A stretch of DNA of 64,000 nt from a bacterium (GCA_031441465.1 JANOEP010000010.1:128001-192000); one strand, 5' to 3'. Positions 25,567-35,804 are shown, counted from the stretch's first letter. Notes: generated from the letters alone by a model not told the origin. A program made the numbers and translations.

Positions 25567-28500
25567 TCAGCGCTCCACCGCGAGGCGGAGCAGTCGGGTG
25601 ACGCGTCCCTCGGCGGCGGGCGCCGTCAAGCGGACCAGGTAGACGCCCGAGGACAGCGTGTCCGGGCTCCAGCGGATCTCTTCGAGCGTGCCGTCGCCCC
25701 CGTCGTGCCGCAGTTCGGCGACGCTCTCGCCTTCGAGGTTGAGGACCGACAGGCGGGCCTCACCGGGCCGCGCGCTCCAGTAGCGGAACGCGACGTCGCG
25801 GCCGCGCAAAGGGTTGGGGTAGGCGACGAAGCGATCCCGCTCCGCGGCCTGAGCCGAGAGGTCGCCCAGGTCGTGCGGTTCGCCGACGCGTCCGTTGCGC
25901 AGGGGGCCGCCCAGGGGACCGAGCCAGCACGAGGTCGCGGTGACGTCGCGCGTGGCGGTGCCGGGCAGCCAACCCACCGCCGAACCGGTGACCGGCGCGC
26001 CGCCGAGACCGGGAGCCGACCTGCCGCCCGGGTCCGCGAGCCAGAGCACGCGGCCGAGTTCCGGTTCGTCGCCCGCGACCAGCGACGCGCCGCCGGCGTC
26101 GCCCCACAGCAGCGGTGAACGGGGCAACAGGCGGCCCGTCGCGTCCCAGACCAGCAGGTGCCCGCCGTCGGTGGCGGCGAGGACCTCGTTGCGACCGTCC
26201 CCGTCGACGTCGAACACGACCACGGCGCCGTCGAAGGCCGTCGGGGTGGTGAAGGGGAACTGCGAGGCGAGTTCCAGGGGGAAACCGGCCAGCGACACGC
26301 CGGCAGCCGAGCAGGCGAGCAGGTGGGTCGCGGTCGTCAGGATCAGGTCGTCGCGCCCGTCGCCGTCGAGGTCGGCCACCGCGGGTTCGCCCGTCGGCGC
26401 GCCGCGCGGCGGCAGCGGCCAGGCGGTCGTCGCCGGCGCGAGGTGAGGGAAGAACTCCACCGACACGGCGGCGCCGTCGCGGCCGATGACGACCATCCGC
26501 GCCGCGACGCCGTCCTCGAGCACGGCGACGCGGTAGCCGTCGGCGGCCGGCGGCAGGCCGAGGCGGCCGGTGCTCGCCCCGGCTTCGCCGAGCCCTTCGA
26601 CGGGGATCAGGAACCAGCGGTCGTCGGTCAGCAGCAGGAAGCGGTCCACGCCGAAGGGAGCGCTCACGAGGCGGGGCGCGGCCAGCACCGGGCCGACGAC
26701 CGCTTCGGAGAGCGCGCCGAGGTCGATGGGCTCGCCCACCCGCGCACCCTGCTCGTCCAGCAGCAGGGCGCGGCCGGGTTCGGTGCAGCACAGCAGGCGC
26801 GCCTCGCCGCCGGGCAACCGCCCGACGATCGGTCCGAACGCCAGCGTGTCGGCCACGGCGTACGGTCCCCACAGGCGGGGCCAGAACGCTCCGGAGACGA
26901 GGCTCAAGTACGCAGAAACGCGGCCGCCGCGCTCGCCGACCACCAGCTGGTCGCGGCCGTTGGCGGCGAAACGCGCGACGACCGGCGGTCCGGCCAGGGG
27001 CTCCGTCAGGACCGCGGCCGCGCCGGCCGGCCAGTCCGGTGATCCCTGGGCGACGGGACGACCCGCGGCGTCGAAGAGGAAGAGGTAGGCCGGCTCGTCG
27101 GGCGTGCCGTCGGTGACGGCGTCGACGGGCAGCGAAGCGCAGGCCAACGCGGGACCCGGACCCGTCCCCCCGATCCCCTCGACCAGCCAGGGGGTGACCG
27201 ATTCCGGCGCCAGAAGGCGGGCGGCGGCCGGATCGAGCGCCGCCGGCAGACGGACCGGTTCGCCGGCGCGCAGCGGCAGGGTGTGGGCGGTGAAGGTCAT
27301 CGTCGCGCCCTGGGCCGAGATGCCCGTCATCTCGAAGCCGGTCCAGGCCCGCTCGTACGTGCGGGTCGAAGGCCGCCCCTCCTGCCGCAGCGCCGCCGTC
27401 GTGCCGGCGTGGAAGGGGTCGCGCGCCGAACCGTAGAAGCCGAAGACGTAGGCGTCGTAGACCCCGACGTCCTGGATGCCGTCGGCCTCGAGCAACCGCA
27501 GGCCGTCGCCTGCGCCGTTGATCGTGTTGTCGGCCAGTTGCGCCTCGATGCGCGCCTCGTTCACGTGCCAGACCAGCAGGCCGCCGTCCGGCAGGAAGAA
27601 GTCGTACATGCCCGTGTTGCGCGAGACCTCCTCCAGGGGGCCGGGACCGTCGGGATCCTCGAGATCGCCGCCCATGTAGAGGAAGACGCCGGTCGCCGCG
27701 TCGCGGACGAAGCCGATGCCGCTCGTGTCCGGCAACGCGGCGCCGCTCAGCGGCACCCAGCGGTTCTCCACCAGGAAGAACTCCCGCGGCGAGACGCCGC
27801 CCAGGATCGCCTGCGGGTAGGCGGGATCGAAGTCGTACGGCGCGCCGGCGACCGAACTGCCGCTGTAGTGCTGCACGTACTGGCTGCGCGGGATCTGGAC
27901 GGCCGGCAGGTGGACCTCGCGGTCGCCGCCGCCGATGGTCGCCGTCTCGAGCCAACCGAGGTACCAGCGGTTCCAGGCGCCCAGCGAGGGCGGCAGCAGG
28001 CCGGCGACGCTGAAGACGTCGATGGAATCCGGGTACTCGGGATGGATGTTCAGACCGACGTTGGCCACCAGGTTCGGACCGGAGTCCATCAAGTCCCAGA
28101 GCCCGACCGCCGGCAGGCCGGTGGTGGTGTCGTAGATGTCGGGCAGGCCCAGCGAGTGGCCGAATTCGTGGTAGAGGGCGCCCGCGATGCTGCCCAGCCA
28201 GTCGTCCTGGCTAGTGGATTCCGGGATGATCGAGCACTCGCTGATCGAGCCGGGTGTGCCGGTCTCGGTGTCGGCGCCGAGCAGGGCGACGGGTTCGCCC
28301 AGGGTCACGAAGAAGGTTGGGACGTCGTTGGGCGAGTCGCGGTTGATGTCGCTCTGCCAGTCGCCGCCGGCGTGGACGAAGATCACGTAGGTGAGTTCGT
28401 TGTCGTCGTCGAAGTCGGCCAGGTTGGCGCTGCCGTCCTGCTGGGTGCCGGCATCCGCCGCCCCGATGACGTCGTGCACGAAATTCTCCAGCAGTTCCAG

Positions 28501-29145
28501 GGTCCAGCCGCCGCCGGCGCCGGGGCCGTAGTCGGCCAGGTCCGACAGACGGTAGCAGTCCTGGTCGCCTGCGGGCAGCACGCGCCCCTCGATGACGAGA
28601 CGTCCGCCGGACTGGATACGGTAGTACTCGCCGAGACCGTTCAGGTGCGCTTCGAAGTAGGCCCTGTCGTGGGGAGGTCGGTCGAAAATCGCGTCGGGGT
28701 CGGGGGCCAGCACGAAGTTGCCGTCCGACGTGACGCTCGTCAGTTCACCGCTGAGGTCGGTGTCGAAGCCGATGCGGATCAGCAGCACCCGCAGCGTCGT
28801 CGGTTCCCCGGACTTCGTCGCCGACGCCGACGCCGCCCGCACACCCGGGCGCCGGGAAACGTGCCGTCCCTCGAGCAGGTCGTGAACGGCGTGGAAGCGT
28901 TCCTCGAGCACCTCGAGCCGCCCCTGCGCCGCGTCGCGCGCCCGCTCGCCGCCTGGGCCCGCGAACAGGCGCTCCGGCGCGACCTTCACGACGGGCACCT
29001 TGACGGTCGGCCGCGCGTCGACCGCCGCCGTCGCCGCGACGGCGCACGTCCCGAGCCCCACGCACAGGACCAGGGACAGCAGTCGCTTCGCGATGCGGGC
29101 CGGTTCGTGCCTGCGCGGTGCGCCGTCGGTCTGCATGCCGTTCAT
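25567..29145 (-). CDS. M6-family (immune inhibitor A-like) zinc metalloprotease with FG-GAP repeats and T9SS C-terminal sorting domain
   Basis: VHAG, HEFGHSLGLPD, WDLMDSG, EFFLVENR, DLDGDGRDDL/DVDGDGRNEV, CTD AYPNP...LSSGVYLVRL. Confidence 0.88.
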   Translation of the reverse strand: MNGMQTDGAPRRHEPARIAKRLLSLVLCVGLGTCAVAATAAVDARPTVKVPVVKVAPERLFAGPGGERARDAAQGRLEVLEERFHAVHDLLEGRHVSRRPGVRAASASATKSGEPTTLRVLLIRIGFDTDLSGELTSVTSDGNFVLAPDPDAIFDRPPHDRAYFEAHLNGLGEYYRIQSGGRLVIEGRVLPAGDQDCYRLSDLADYGPGAGGGWTLELLENFVHDVIGAADAGTQQDGSANLADFDDDNELTYVIFVHAGGDWQSDINRDSPNDVPTFFVTLGEPVALLGADTETGTPGSISECSIIPESTSQDDWLGSIAGALYHEFGHSLGLPDIYDTTTGLPAVGLWDLMDSGPNLVANVGLNIHPEYPDSIDVFSVAGLLPPSLGAWNRWYLGWLETATIGGGDREVHLPAVQIPRSQYVQHYSGSSVAGAPYDFDPAYPQAILGGVSPREFFLVENRWVPLSGAALPDTSGIGFVRDAATGVFLYMGGDLEDPDGPGPLEEVSRNTGMYDFFLPDGGLLVWHVNEARIEAQLADNTINGAGDGLRLLEADGIQDVGVYDAYVFGFYGSARDPFHAGTTAALRQEGRPSTRTYERAWTGFEMTGISAQGATMTFTAHTLPLRAGEPVRLPAALDPAAARLLAPESVTPWLVEGIGGTGPGPALACASLPVDAVTDGTPDEPAYLFLFDAAGRPVAQGSPDWPAGAAAVLTEPLAGPPVVARFAANGRDQLVVGERGGRVSAYLSLVSGAFWPRLWGPYAVADTLAFGPIVGRLPGGEARLLCCTEPGRALLLDEQGARVGEPIDLGALSEAVVGPVLAAPRLVSAPFGVDRFLLLTDDRWFLIPVEGLGEAGASTGRLGLPPAADGYRVAVLEDGVAARMVVIGRDGAAVSVEFFPHLAPATTAWPLPPRGAPTGEPAVADLDGDGRDDLILTTATHLLACSAAGVSLAGFPLELASQFPFTTPTAFDGAVVVFDVDGDGRNEVLAATDGGHLLVWDATGRLLPRSPLLWGDAGGASLVAGDEPELGRVLWLADPGGRSAPGLGGAPVTGSAVGWLPGTATRDVTATSCWLGPLGGPLRNGRVGEPHDLGDLSAQAAERDRFVAYPNPLRGRDVAFRYWSARPGEARLSVLNLEGESVAELRHDGGDGTLEEIRWSPDTLSSGVYLVRLTAPAAEGRVTRLLRLAVER

Positions 29146-29174
29146 CCCGCCTTCCGGAACGCGGAGTCGCCGTC

Positions 29175-30200
29175 TCAGAAATCGTAGCCCAGCGAAATAC
29201 GGGTCACGTGCTTGAGGCCCTTCGCCTGCGGCACCGAGGCGAAGCCGAACGTGATGTTCTTGCCGACCCAGCGGCCGAGGTCCAGGCCGAAGCCCCAGGT
29301 GCTGTCCTCGATCTCGCCGGTGCCCTTCTTGAAGCCGAAGCGCAGGTAGAGGGACTGCGCGTAGGCCAGCTCCGTGCCGACGCCCCACTCGTTCTCGCCG
29401 AAGTCGAGGCCGAGACCGTAGTCGTCGTTGTTGTCGTCCCAGTTCAGCAGGGGCACGAGGTAGTCCGCGACCAGCAGCAGGGACAGCGCCTCGCCCTGGA
29501 CCACGCCGTAGGCGGCGCCGAAGGTGAGCTTGCGCGGCAGGGGATCGCTCTGGTCCTCGTCCACGTGCGTGATGTTCGGGCCGAGGTTGGCCAGGGCCAC
29601 GCCGAGGTTGGCCTTGAGCGCCGGGATCTTCCAGAGCAGGCCGGCGTCCACGGCGAAGGTGCTGCCCGAGCCGCCGCGGCCGTCCTGCAGCGCCGCGTCG
29701 GGAGCCAGATTGTCGCGGAAGTACTTCACGCCGAGGCCGGCGCCGAGGTTCGTCGAGATGCGGGTGCCGTAGGTGAGGCCCATCGCCCACATGTTCGAGG
29801 AGAAGATGCCGGTGGACTCGCCGTTGTCGTTGGTGCCTTCCTGGTCGCCCATGGACAGGTAGGTCATGTTGAACCCGAAGCTGCCGCCCCACTTGCGGGC
29901 CGCGTAGCCGCCCCAGTACAGGGCGATGTCGTCGGCGAGGTCGGGCACCAGCTTGGACTGCATGAACTCCATCCGCCCCGGACTGGTGTCGTTGGCGAAG
30001 GCCAGGCCGCCGGGGTTCCACCACATGGCGGTGGCGTCCTGCGCCAGGGCGGTGCCGGCCTCCCCCATGCCGTTGAAGCGGGCGCCGATGGGGAATTCCA
30101 GCGCGATGGCGCCGGCGCCGGACATGGCCAGGGCCGTCCCGGCCGCGGTCGTCAGGCAGGCTGCGGCGAGCAGCGTCACGAATACGGGTGTCCTCTTCAT
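29175..30200 (-). CDS. porV: PorV/PorQ-family T9SS outer-membrane barrel
   Basis: GARFNGMGEAGTALAQDATAMWWNPGGLAF signature, C-terminal SLGYDF; directly downstream of porU. Confidence 0.88.
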   Translation of the reverse strand: MKRTPVFVTLLAAACLTTAAGTALAMSGAGAIALEFPIGARFNGMGEAGTALAQDATAMWWNPGGLAFANDTSPGRMEFMQSKLVPDLADDIALYWGGYAARKWGGSFGFNMTYLSMGDQEGTNDNGESTGIFSSNMWAMGLTYGTRISTNLGAGLGVKYFRDNLAPDAALQDGRGGSGSTFAVDAGLLWKIPALKANLGVALANLGPNITHVDEDQSDPLPRKLTFGAAYGVVQGEALSLLLVADYLVPLLNWDDNNDDYGLGLDFGENEWGVGTELAYAQSLYLRFGFKKGTGEIEDSTWGFGLDLGRWVGKNITFGFASVPQAKGLKHVTRISLGYDF

Positions 30201-30276
30201 CGGAACGTCCTTCCATCCTGGGTTCCGGGGGCTTCGGCGCCCCCGCCGTTGGCAACCAGGGCAGGCCGGGCCTGCC

Positions 30277-33200
30277 TCATTTCATGAGCACGAGTTTTCC
30301 GTTCACCGTCACCGGGTGCCGCGCGTCGTCGACGGTGCTGCCGCGGACCACGTACAAGTAGACGCCGTTGGCGATCTCGTCGCCGCGGGAATCGCGGCCG
30401 TCCCAGGCGAGCACCTGCGGCCCCGCCTCGGCGAAGCTGTGCGTCGTCTGCCAGACCGCCCGCCCGGCCACCGTGAAGATGGTCCAGGTGACGGTCAGCG
30501 GGTCGCTGGTCTCGAAGAGCAGGCGCGCCGGGCCGGAGGTCGGGTTCGGGAAGACGGAGACGTCCTGCAGGCCGGTGACGGCCGCGGCCACGACGTGGAA
30601 CGACAGCGTGTCGCTGCCCACGTTGCCGAGCAGGTCGCTGGCGAACATCGCCGCCGCGTGGGGGCCCGGGGCGAGGTTCTCGGGCAGCGGCACCGAGACG
30701 CGGGCGCGCGTGTAGCTGCCGGGATCGAAGACGAGGCGGTCGGTGACGTTGCTCATCTCGCCGTTGCCGTCGAACTCGAGCAGCACGCTGTTCAGGGGCG
30801 TCGTGCCGAGGATGCTGACGCCGCTGCTGTCGGCCAGGTCGGCGTGCAGTTCGGTCCCGACCTTGACCCGCGTGCTGCCGCCGGCGAAGGCCAGGGCGGC
30901 CGTCGGGCCCGCGACATCGTCGAGGCCACCGGTCGCGACCCGCGCCGCCGGCAACTCGGCGTACGCCGCGCGCGAGCCCTCGGGAGCGTCGACGATCAGC
31001 CGCACCTTGCCGTGCGCGCCGGTGCGCAGTTGCAGCGGCACCTTGAACTCCACGCTCAGCGTGTCGCGATCGGCCTCGCCGGTGCCGCGGAAGACGGGGG
31101 CGCCGGGCTGCCAGTAGTCGAGGCTGGCCGTGCCGATCTGGTAGTGGCGGTCGTCGCGGGACTCCTGCACCAGCAGGTCGTACGTCGTGCCGGGGCCCGC
31201 GGTCAGGCCGTAATCCGAGAGCACGCAGACGACCCGCTCGCGGCGCCCGGTGCGCAGGCTGTCGGAGGTCGCGGCCTGCAGGACAGGGCCGCCGCCGGGG
31301 TTCGGCAGCGCCAACGCCGGGTCGCCGAACAGGTTGTACCGGTAGCTGTTGTGCATCATCTGGGGGTTGCCGTCGCCGAGACCGACCTTGGCCAGCCAGA
31401 GCGCCGCTCCCGGCGAACGGCCGGGATCGACCACGCGGCCGGGATAGAGGTTCGCGTAGAAACGGTCCGAGAGCGGGTCGTTGTAGATGACGTAGCTGAC
31501 CTGGGAGGCCGCGATCGCCGCGATCGTGCCGCCGGCGGGCTGCGACACGAACACTTCGGCCATGCTCTGGCGGACAGCCGAGTCGAAGATGCCCACGTCG
31601 CAGCTGAAGGCCAGGAACACGCCGCGGCGCAGGCCGTTGTTCAGACCGTAGATGTCGTCGGTCAGGAAGAGCTGCTCGTCGGCCAGGGTGTGCTCCGAGC
31701 CGTGGCCGATGTAGTGGAAGATCGTGGTGCCCTCGTTCAGGGCGCGCTTGGCGGCCAGGCGCGCCAGCGGCTTGTAGACGCCGCTCGGGGCGGCGGCGTA
31801 GTCGATCATCAGCAGCTTCTCGGCGTCGATGGTCCAGGGCACGTAGGTGTCGACCAGTTCGGTTGCCTGCAGCGTGTGCACGCGCTCGAAGCTGCCGGGA
31901 CTCGACGGCTGCGTGAAATCGTCGGCCGCGAACACGACCCGGTTGCGCCAGGCGCCGGGCGGCGTCGCCGTCTCGTAGGCGACGATCCGGTCGACCATCC
32001 CCGCGGCTTCGCCCAGATCGCGCGCGGTCAGGCGGCCCACCGCCAGATCGGGCACGTCGAGACCCCGGACCAGGGCGTCGAAGGACACCAGGGCGTCGTC
32101 CGTGGCGTAGGGATAACCGGAGTAGTCGGTCAGGAGGTCGGGGAAGAACGTCCGCGTCCAGGTGGGCAGCAGGTCTTCGAACTGGTTGCGATAGCCGCGG
32201 TAATCGCGCGACGCGTCGCCCGCCAGGCAGACGTAGGCCAGGCGGCCGCCGCCGCGCGCCCAGAGCCACTTCAGGAAGTTGCGCAGAGCGAACGGGTCCT
32301 TCATGCCGGCGCCGAAGGCGTCGTACACGGCTTCCTCGTCCACCGCGACGGCGGCCGGCGCGTGGCCGATGCCGGGCAGGTGGAGCGAGCGGTGGGCGGC
32401 CAGCCGGGCCGCGGGCGCGGCCAGTCGCGGGTCGTGCAGCACGACGTCATCGTACTCGCCCGACATGCGCAACAGGTCGCCCGGCGTGCGGCGTCCGTGC
32501 GCGGCCGGGGCCAGGGCCTCGGCGCCGGCGAAGGCGACGAGGTGGACGTCGGTTGCGGGGTCGCGCAGCAGCCCGAGCACCAGCCGGTTCGCCGCGAGCG
32601 GCTGCCCCGTCAACGCCCGTGGGACGACGGGGTCGCTCACGTCCCAGCAGGAAGGCGCGGCGCCCGCAGGGTGCGTCAGGACGAGGTCGACGGCTTGACC
32701 GGGAGCGGCGACCTGCTCGCCCCAGTGCGTCACGTCGAGCTGGCCCGCCGATTTGACGAGCCTCTCTTTGACCAGCATGTCGATGGAATCGAGGATGAGC
32801 GCCGGCGACCCGTCGGGACTCTCCTGCGACAGGGTCAGGCTGTTGAACCCGGTGCGCACGACATCCGTCCAGCCCGCCAGGCGGATCCGGAGGCTGTCCT
32901 GCTCCTGACGGATGGTCCAGGTCGCGCCGAGTGCCTGGCCCACCTGATCGCCGCCGTTGAGCCAGGCGCGAGCCGTGTTGATTTCCGACCCGCCCTCCCC
33001 GAAGCGGTGGTTGGAGCGGACGTCGATCTGCAGGAACGTCAGGCTGTCCGCGAGGGCCGACGCCAGGGACAGCGGCACGATCTTGCGGTCGAAAATCGCG
33101 GTGTCCCACGCCCAGTTGTCCTGCAGGCGCCCGTAGACCTCCAGGATGTTCTGCTCGAAATGGTGGCGGGCCAGCTGCAGCGTGTCGTCGGCGGCCGCGC

Positions 33201-34335
33201 CCGGCGGCGCGGCGCTGGTCGCGATGCGCAGGGGTGCGCCCGGCAGCGGCGACTCGACGGTGTAACCTTCCCAGGTCAGCCAGTAGACGCTGCGCCCGGC
33301 GTAGGGGTGCTCGCGCCAGTCGAGCCGGCCGGCGCCCGCGTCGCTGCGGTCGCTCCAGGCATCCGTCCCGACGGCGTAGAAGAGCAGGGCGTCGCCGGCA
33401 TCCCACGTGCCGTCGGCGTCCTCGAGCTTCAGGGCGACTTCGTTCAGGGCGTGCCAGCCGTCCTGCCAGCTCCCCGGCAACGAGCCGTCCTCGGGCAGCG
33501 GCGTCGTGTCGGCGCGGTAGAGGCGCAGCTTCCGGGCGTCGACGGCCGCCGCGCTCACGCCGTCGAGCGCCAGGTTGAGAGCCGTGACGCGGTGCACGCC
33601 GGTCGCGGCGATCTCCAACTTGATCCAATGGTCGGTCAGCAGGAATGGGTGCGAGGCGTCATCCTTCGCCGCGTCGGCGGTTCGGGCGGCCCGGCCCCGG
33701 GCGAGCAGGTCGAACAGCGAGGGGTTGCACACGGCGGCGGCGCCGAAGGCCGCGGTGCCCGCTTCGCCGCCTACCGCTGCGGCGGCCAGCCAAGGCGAGT
33801 ACGCGTCTTCGGGCGCGTGGTCCACGGCGACGGTGACCTCGGCCAGCAGTCCGTCCCCCACCAGCGGGGAGACCGTGAGCGCGGCGACCGGCACGCCCCG
33901 CAGCAGGCGAACGGCGTCCAGGCGCACGGCGTCGGCCGGGTCGGCGGTCAGCGAGGGGGCGATCGACCAGGCCGCCCCGGTCACGCGCAGGCGCGGGCGC
34001 GTGGTCGGCAGGGCCAGCAACGCCGAGGCGGTCGGCGCCAGCGTGGAGTCCCCGCCGGCCGCCCGCACGACCGGTCCCGGCCGCCGCCAAAGTAGGTCCT
34101 GGACACGAGCGTCGGTCCCCGCGGCCGGTTCGAACGGAAAAACGAAGCGCAGGACGGTCCGCTGCACGTCGGCCGACAGCACCTCGACCCGCGGCGCCCC
34201 GACCGTCGGCGCACCGGCTGCGCCGGCGTCGGCCGCGACGGCGCCGGACACCGGCGCCGCGCCCGCCCAGCCGAGGGCCAGCAGCGCGACGAACCGCGGG
34301 ACGTTCCGGCCGAAGCGCATACCCCGGCGCCTCAT
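30277..34335 (-). CDS. porU: T9SS sortase PorU (C25 gingipain-like) with FlgD-like C-terminal domain
   Basis: YIGHG and FSC catalytic His/Cys motifs, VGRL, ADD, YNLFGDPAL, VFPNP...WDGRDSRGDEIANGVYLY. ATG 34335 overlaps the trm112 stop. Confidence 0.9.
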   Translation of the reverse strand: MRRRGMRFGRNVPRFVALLALGWAGAAPVSGAVAADAGAAGAPTVGAPRVEVLSADVQRTVLRFVFPFEPAAGTDARVQDLLWRRPGPVVRAAGGDSTLAPTASALLALPTTRPRLRVTGAAWSIAPSLTADPADAVRLDAVRLLRGVPVAALTVSPLVGDGLLAEVTVAVDHAPEDAYSPWLAAAAVGGEAGTAAFGAAAVCNPSLFDLLARGRAARTADAAKDDASHPFLLTDHWIKLEIAATGVHRVTALNLALDGVSAAAVDARKLRLYRADTTPLPEDGSLPGSWQDGWHALNEVALKLEDADGTWDAGDALLFYAVGTDAWSDRSDAGAGRLDWREHPYAGRSVYWLTWEGYTVESPLPGAPLRIATSAAPPGAAADDTLQLARHHFEQNILEVYGRLQDNWAWDTAIFDRKIVPLSLASALADSLTFLQIDVRSNHRFGEGGSEINTARAWLNGGDQVGQALGATWTIRQEQDSLRIRLAGWTDVVRTGFNSLTLSQESPDGSPALILDSIDMLVKERLVKSAGQLDVTHWGEQVAAPGQAVDLVLTHPAGAAPSCWDVSDPVVPRALTGQPLAANRLVLGLLRDPATDVHLVAFAGAEALAPAAHGRRTPGDLLRMSGEYDDVVLHDPRLAAPAARLAAHRSLHLPGIGHAPAAVAVDEEAVYDAFGAGMKDPFALRNFLKWLWARGGGRLAYVCLAGDASRDYRGYRNQFEDLLPTWTRTFFPDLLTDYSGYPYATDDALVSFDALVRGLDVPDLAVGRLTARDLGEAAGMVDRIVAYETATPPGAWRNRVVFAADDFTQPSSPGSFERVHTLQATELVDTYVPWTIDAEKLLMIDYAAAPSGVYKPLARLAAKRALNEGTTIFHYIGHGSEHTLADEQLFLTDDIYGLNNGLRRGVFLAFSCDVGIFDSAVRQSMAEVFVSQPAGGTIAAIAASQVSYVIYNDPLSDRFYANLYPGRVVDPGRSPGAALWLAKVGLGDGNPQMMHNSYRYNLFGDPALALPNPGGGPVLQAATSDSLRTGRRERVVCVLSDYGLTAGPGTTYDLLVQESRDDRHYQIGTASLDYWQPGAPVFRGTGEADRDTLSVEFKVPLQLRTGAHGKVRLIVDAPEGSRAAYAELPAARVATGGLDDVAGPTAALAFAGGSTRVKVGTELHADLADSSGVSILGTTPLNSVLLEFDGNGEMSNVTDRLVFDPGSYTRARVSVPLPENLAPGPHAAAMFASDLLGNVGSDTLSFHVVAAAVTGLQDVSVFPNPTSGPARLLFETSDPLTVTWTIFTVAGRAVWQTTHSFAEAGPQVLAWDGRDSRGDEIANGVYLYVVRGSTVDDARHPVTVNGKLVLMK

Positions 34336-34520
34336 GGGCGCTGCTCCGGCGTTGCGGGCAGGGGCGCCGCCTCGTCGATCAGCAGGATCGGGATGTCCTG
34401 CTCGACCCGGTAACGCAGGCGGCAAGCGGCGCAGTCCAACCAGGCGTGGTCGGGCGGCACGGTCAGGGACCCCTTGCAGCGGGGACAGGCCAGGATCTCC
34501 AGGAGCTTCGGACTCAGCAC
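34332..34520 (-). CDS. Trm112-family (YcaR-like) protein
   Basis: LLEILACPRCKG...C..C...YRVEQDIPILL. GTG 34520 follows GAGGAGG. Confidence 0.9.
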   Translation of the reverse strand: MLSPKLLEILACPRCKGSLTVPPDHAWLDCAACRLRYRVEQDIPILLIDEAAPLPATPEQRP

Positions 34521-34691
34521 GACGTCCTCCTCGGGACGGGGCGCGCCGTCGGCCGGACGAGCCGGGCAGGCGGCGGGGCGTTCTCCAGGTGCGACAAGAC
34601 CGGAACCCGAAACGATACCGAGGGAACGGGAATCAACGGCGGGTCCACCCCAGTGCCGTCCGGACGATCGTCCGCTCCACGTCACCGGGGT

Positions 34692-34747
34692 AGGATACTT
34701 GAAGAGGTTGGCATGACAAGGATAAAGGAAGTCGGCCGGCGTGTCAA
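34692..34747 (-). promoter_or_regulatory. Two tandem sigma70-type promoters upstream of trm112-porU
   Basis: TTGACA-N17-TATCCT (34747-34719) and TTGTCA-N16-TATCCT (34719-34692) on the minus strand. Confidence 0.65.
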
Positions 34748-34778
34748 CGCCCGGGCGGCCGGGCGCGGCGGACCCGGA

Positions 34779-35747
34779 TCAGCCTTCCTGGAAGATCCCC
34801 ATGGCGAGGAACTTGTCGAGGCGCTGGCGGCGGAGGTCCTGCGCGCTGACGGTCGCCAGCTCGTCGAGGTCGGCGATGATGCGGGACTTGAGGACGGCCG
34901 CGGTCGCGATGTGGTCGCGGTGGGCGCCGCCGGTCGGCTCCGGCAGCACGGCGTCGATCACGCCGAGCCGCAGCGCGTCCCGGGCGGTGATCTTCATGGC
35001 CCGCGCGGCGTCGGCGGCCTTGGCCCGGTCGCGCCACAGGATCGCGGCGCAGCCCTCCGGACTGATGACGCTGTAGATGGAATTCTCCAGCATGTAGACG
35101 CGGTTGCCCACGCCGATGGCCAGGGCGCCGCCGGAGCCGCCCTCCCCGGTGACGAAGACCAGCACCGGCACCGGCAAGGCGGCCATGTCGCGCAGGTTGC
35201 GGGCGATGGCCTCGCCCTGGCCGCGCTCCTCGGCTCCCAGACCGGGGTAGGCCCCGGGCGTGTCGATGAAGGTCACGATGGGCCGCCCGTTGCGGGCCGC
35301 CAGCTCCATCACCCGCATCGCCTTGCGGTAGCCTTCGGGATGGGCCATGCCGAAATTGCGATGGATGTTGCTCTTGGTGTCGCGGCCCTTCTGATGCCCG
35401 ATCACCACGACCGGCCGGTGGCCCAGGAAGGCCAGGCCCGTGATCAGGGAGGGGTCGTCCCGGAAGGCGCGGTCCCCGTGCAGTTCGTTGAACCCGTCGA
35501 AGATGAGGCGCAGGTAGTCCTGGGTCGTCGGCCGGCGCGGGTGCCGGGCCAGCTGCACGCGCTGCCAGTCGTCGAGGCTGTCGAAGATCTCGCGCCCCAG
35601 CGTCGTCACTCGCTCGCGCAGGCGCTGGACCTCGTCGGTCACGTCCAGGCCGCGCAGGCTGGCCGAGTCCTCGAGGGTGCGGATGCGCTCCTCGAGTTCC
35701 ACGATGGGTTTCTCGAACTCCAGCCAGGGTGTCGTCTTGGGGTTCAT
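34779..35747 (-). CDS. accA: Acetyl-CoA carboxylase carboxyltransferase alpha subunit
   Basis: LEFEKPI, ARHPRRP, ELHGDR, FGMAHPEGYRKA, DTPGAYPG, GEGGSGGAL, YSVISPEG. Confidence 0.98.
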   Translation of the reverse strand: MNPKTTPWLEFEKPIVELEERIRTLEDSASLRGLDVTDEVQRLRERVTTLGREIFDSLDDWQRVQLARHPRRPTTQDYLRLIFDGFNELHGDRAFRDDPSLITGLAFLGHRPVVVIGHQKGRDTKSNIHRNFGMAHPEGYRKAMRVMELAARNGRPIVTFIDTPGAYPGLGAEERGQGEAIARNLRDMAALPVPVLVFVTGEGGSGGALAIGVGNRVYMLENSIYSVISPEGCAAILWRDRAKAADAARAMKITARDALRLGVIDAVLPEPTGGAHRDHIATAAVLKSRIIADLDELATVSAQDLRRQRLDKFLAMGIFQEG

Positions 35748-35804
35748 CGAGGGTCGTGCTGCTCCCGGCGTGGTCCGGGGACATTCCCGGACGGCGAAGC
35801 GCTG

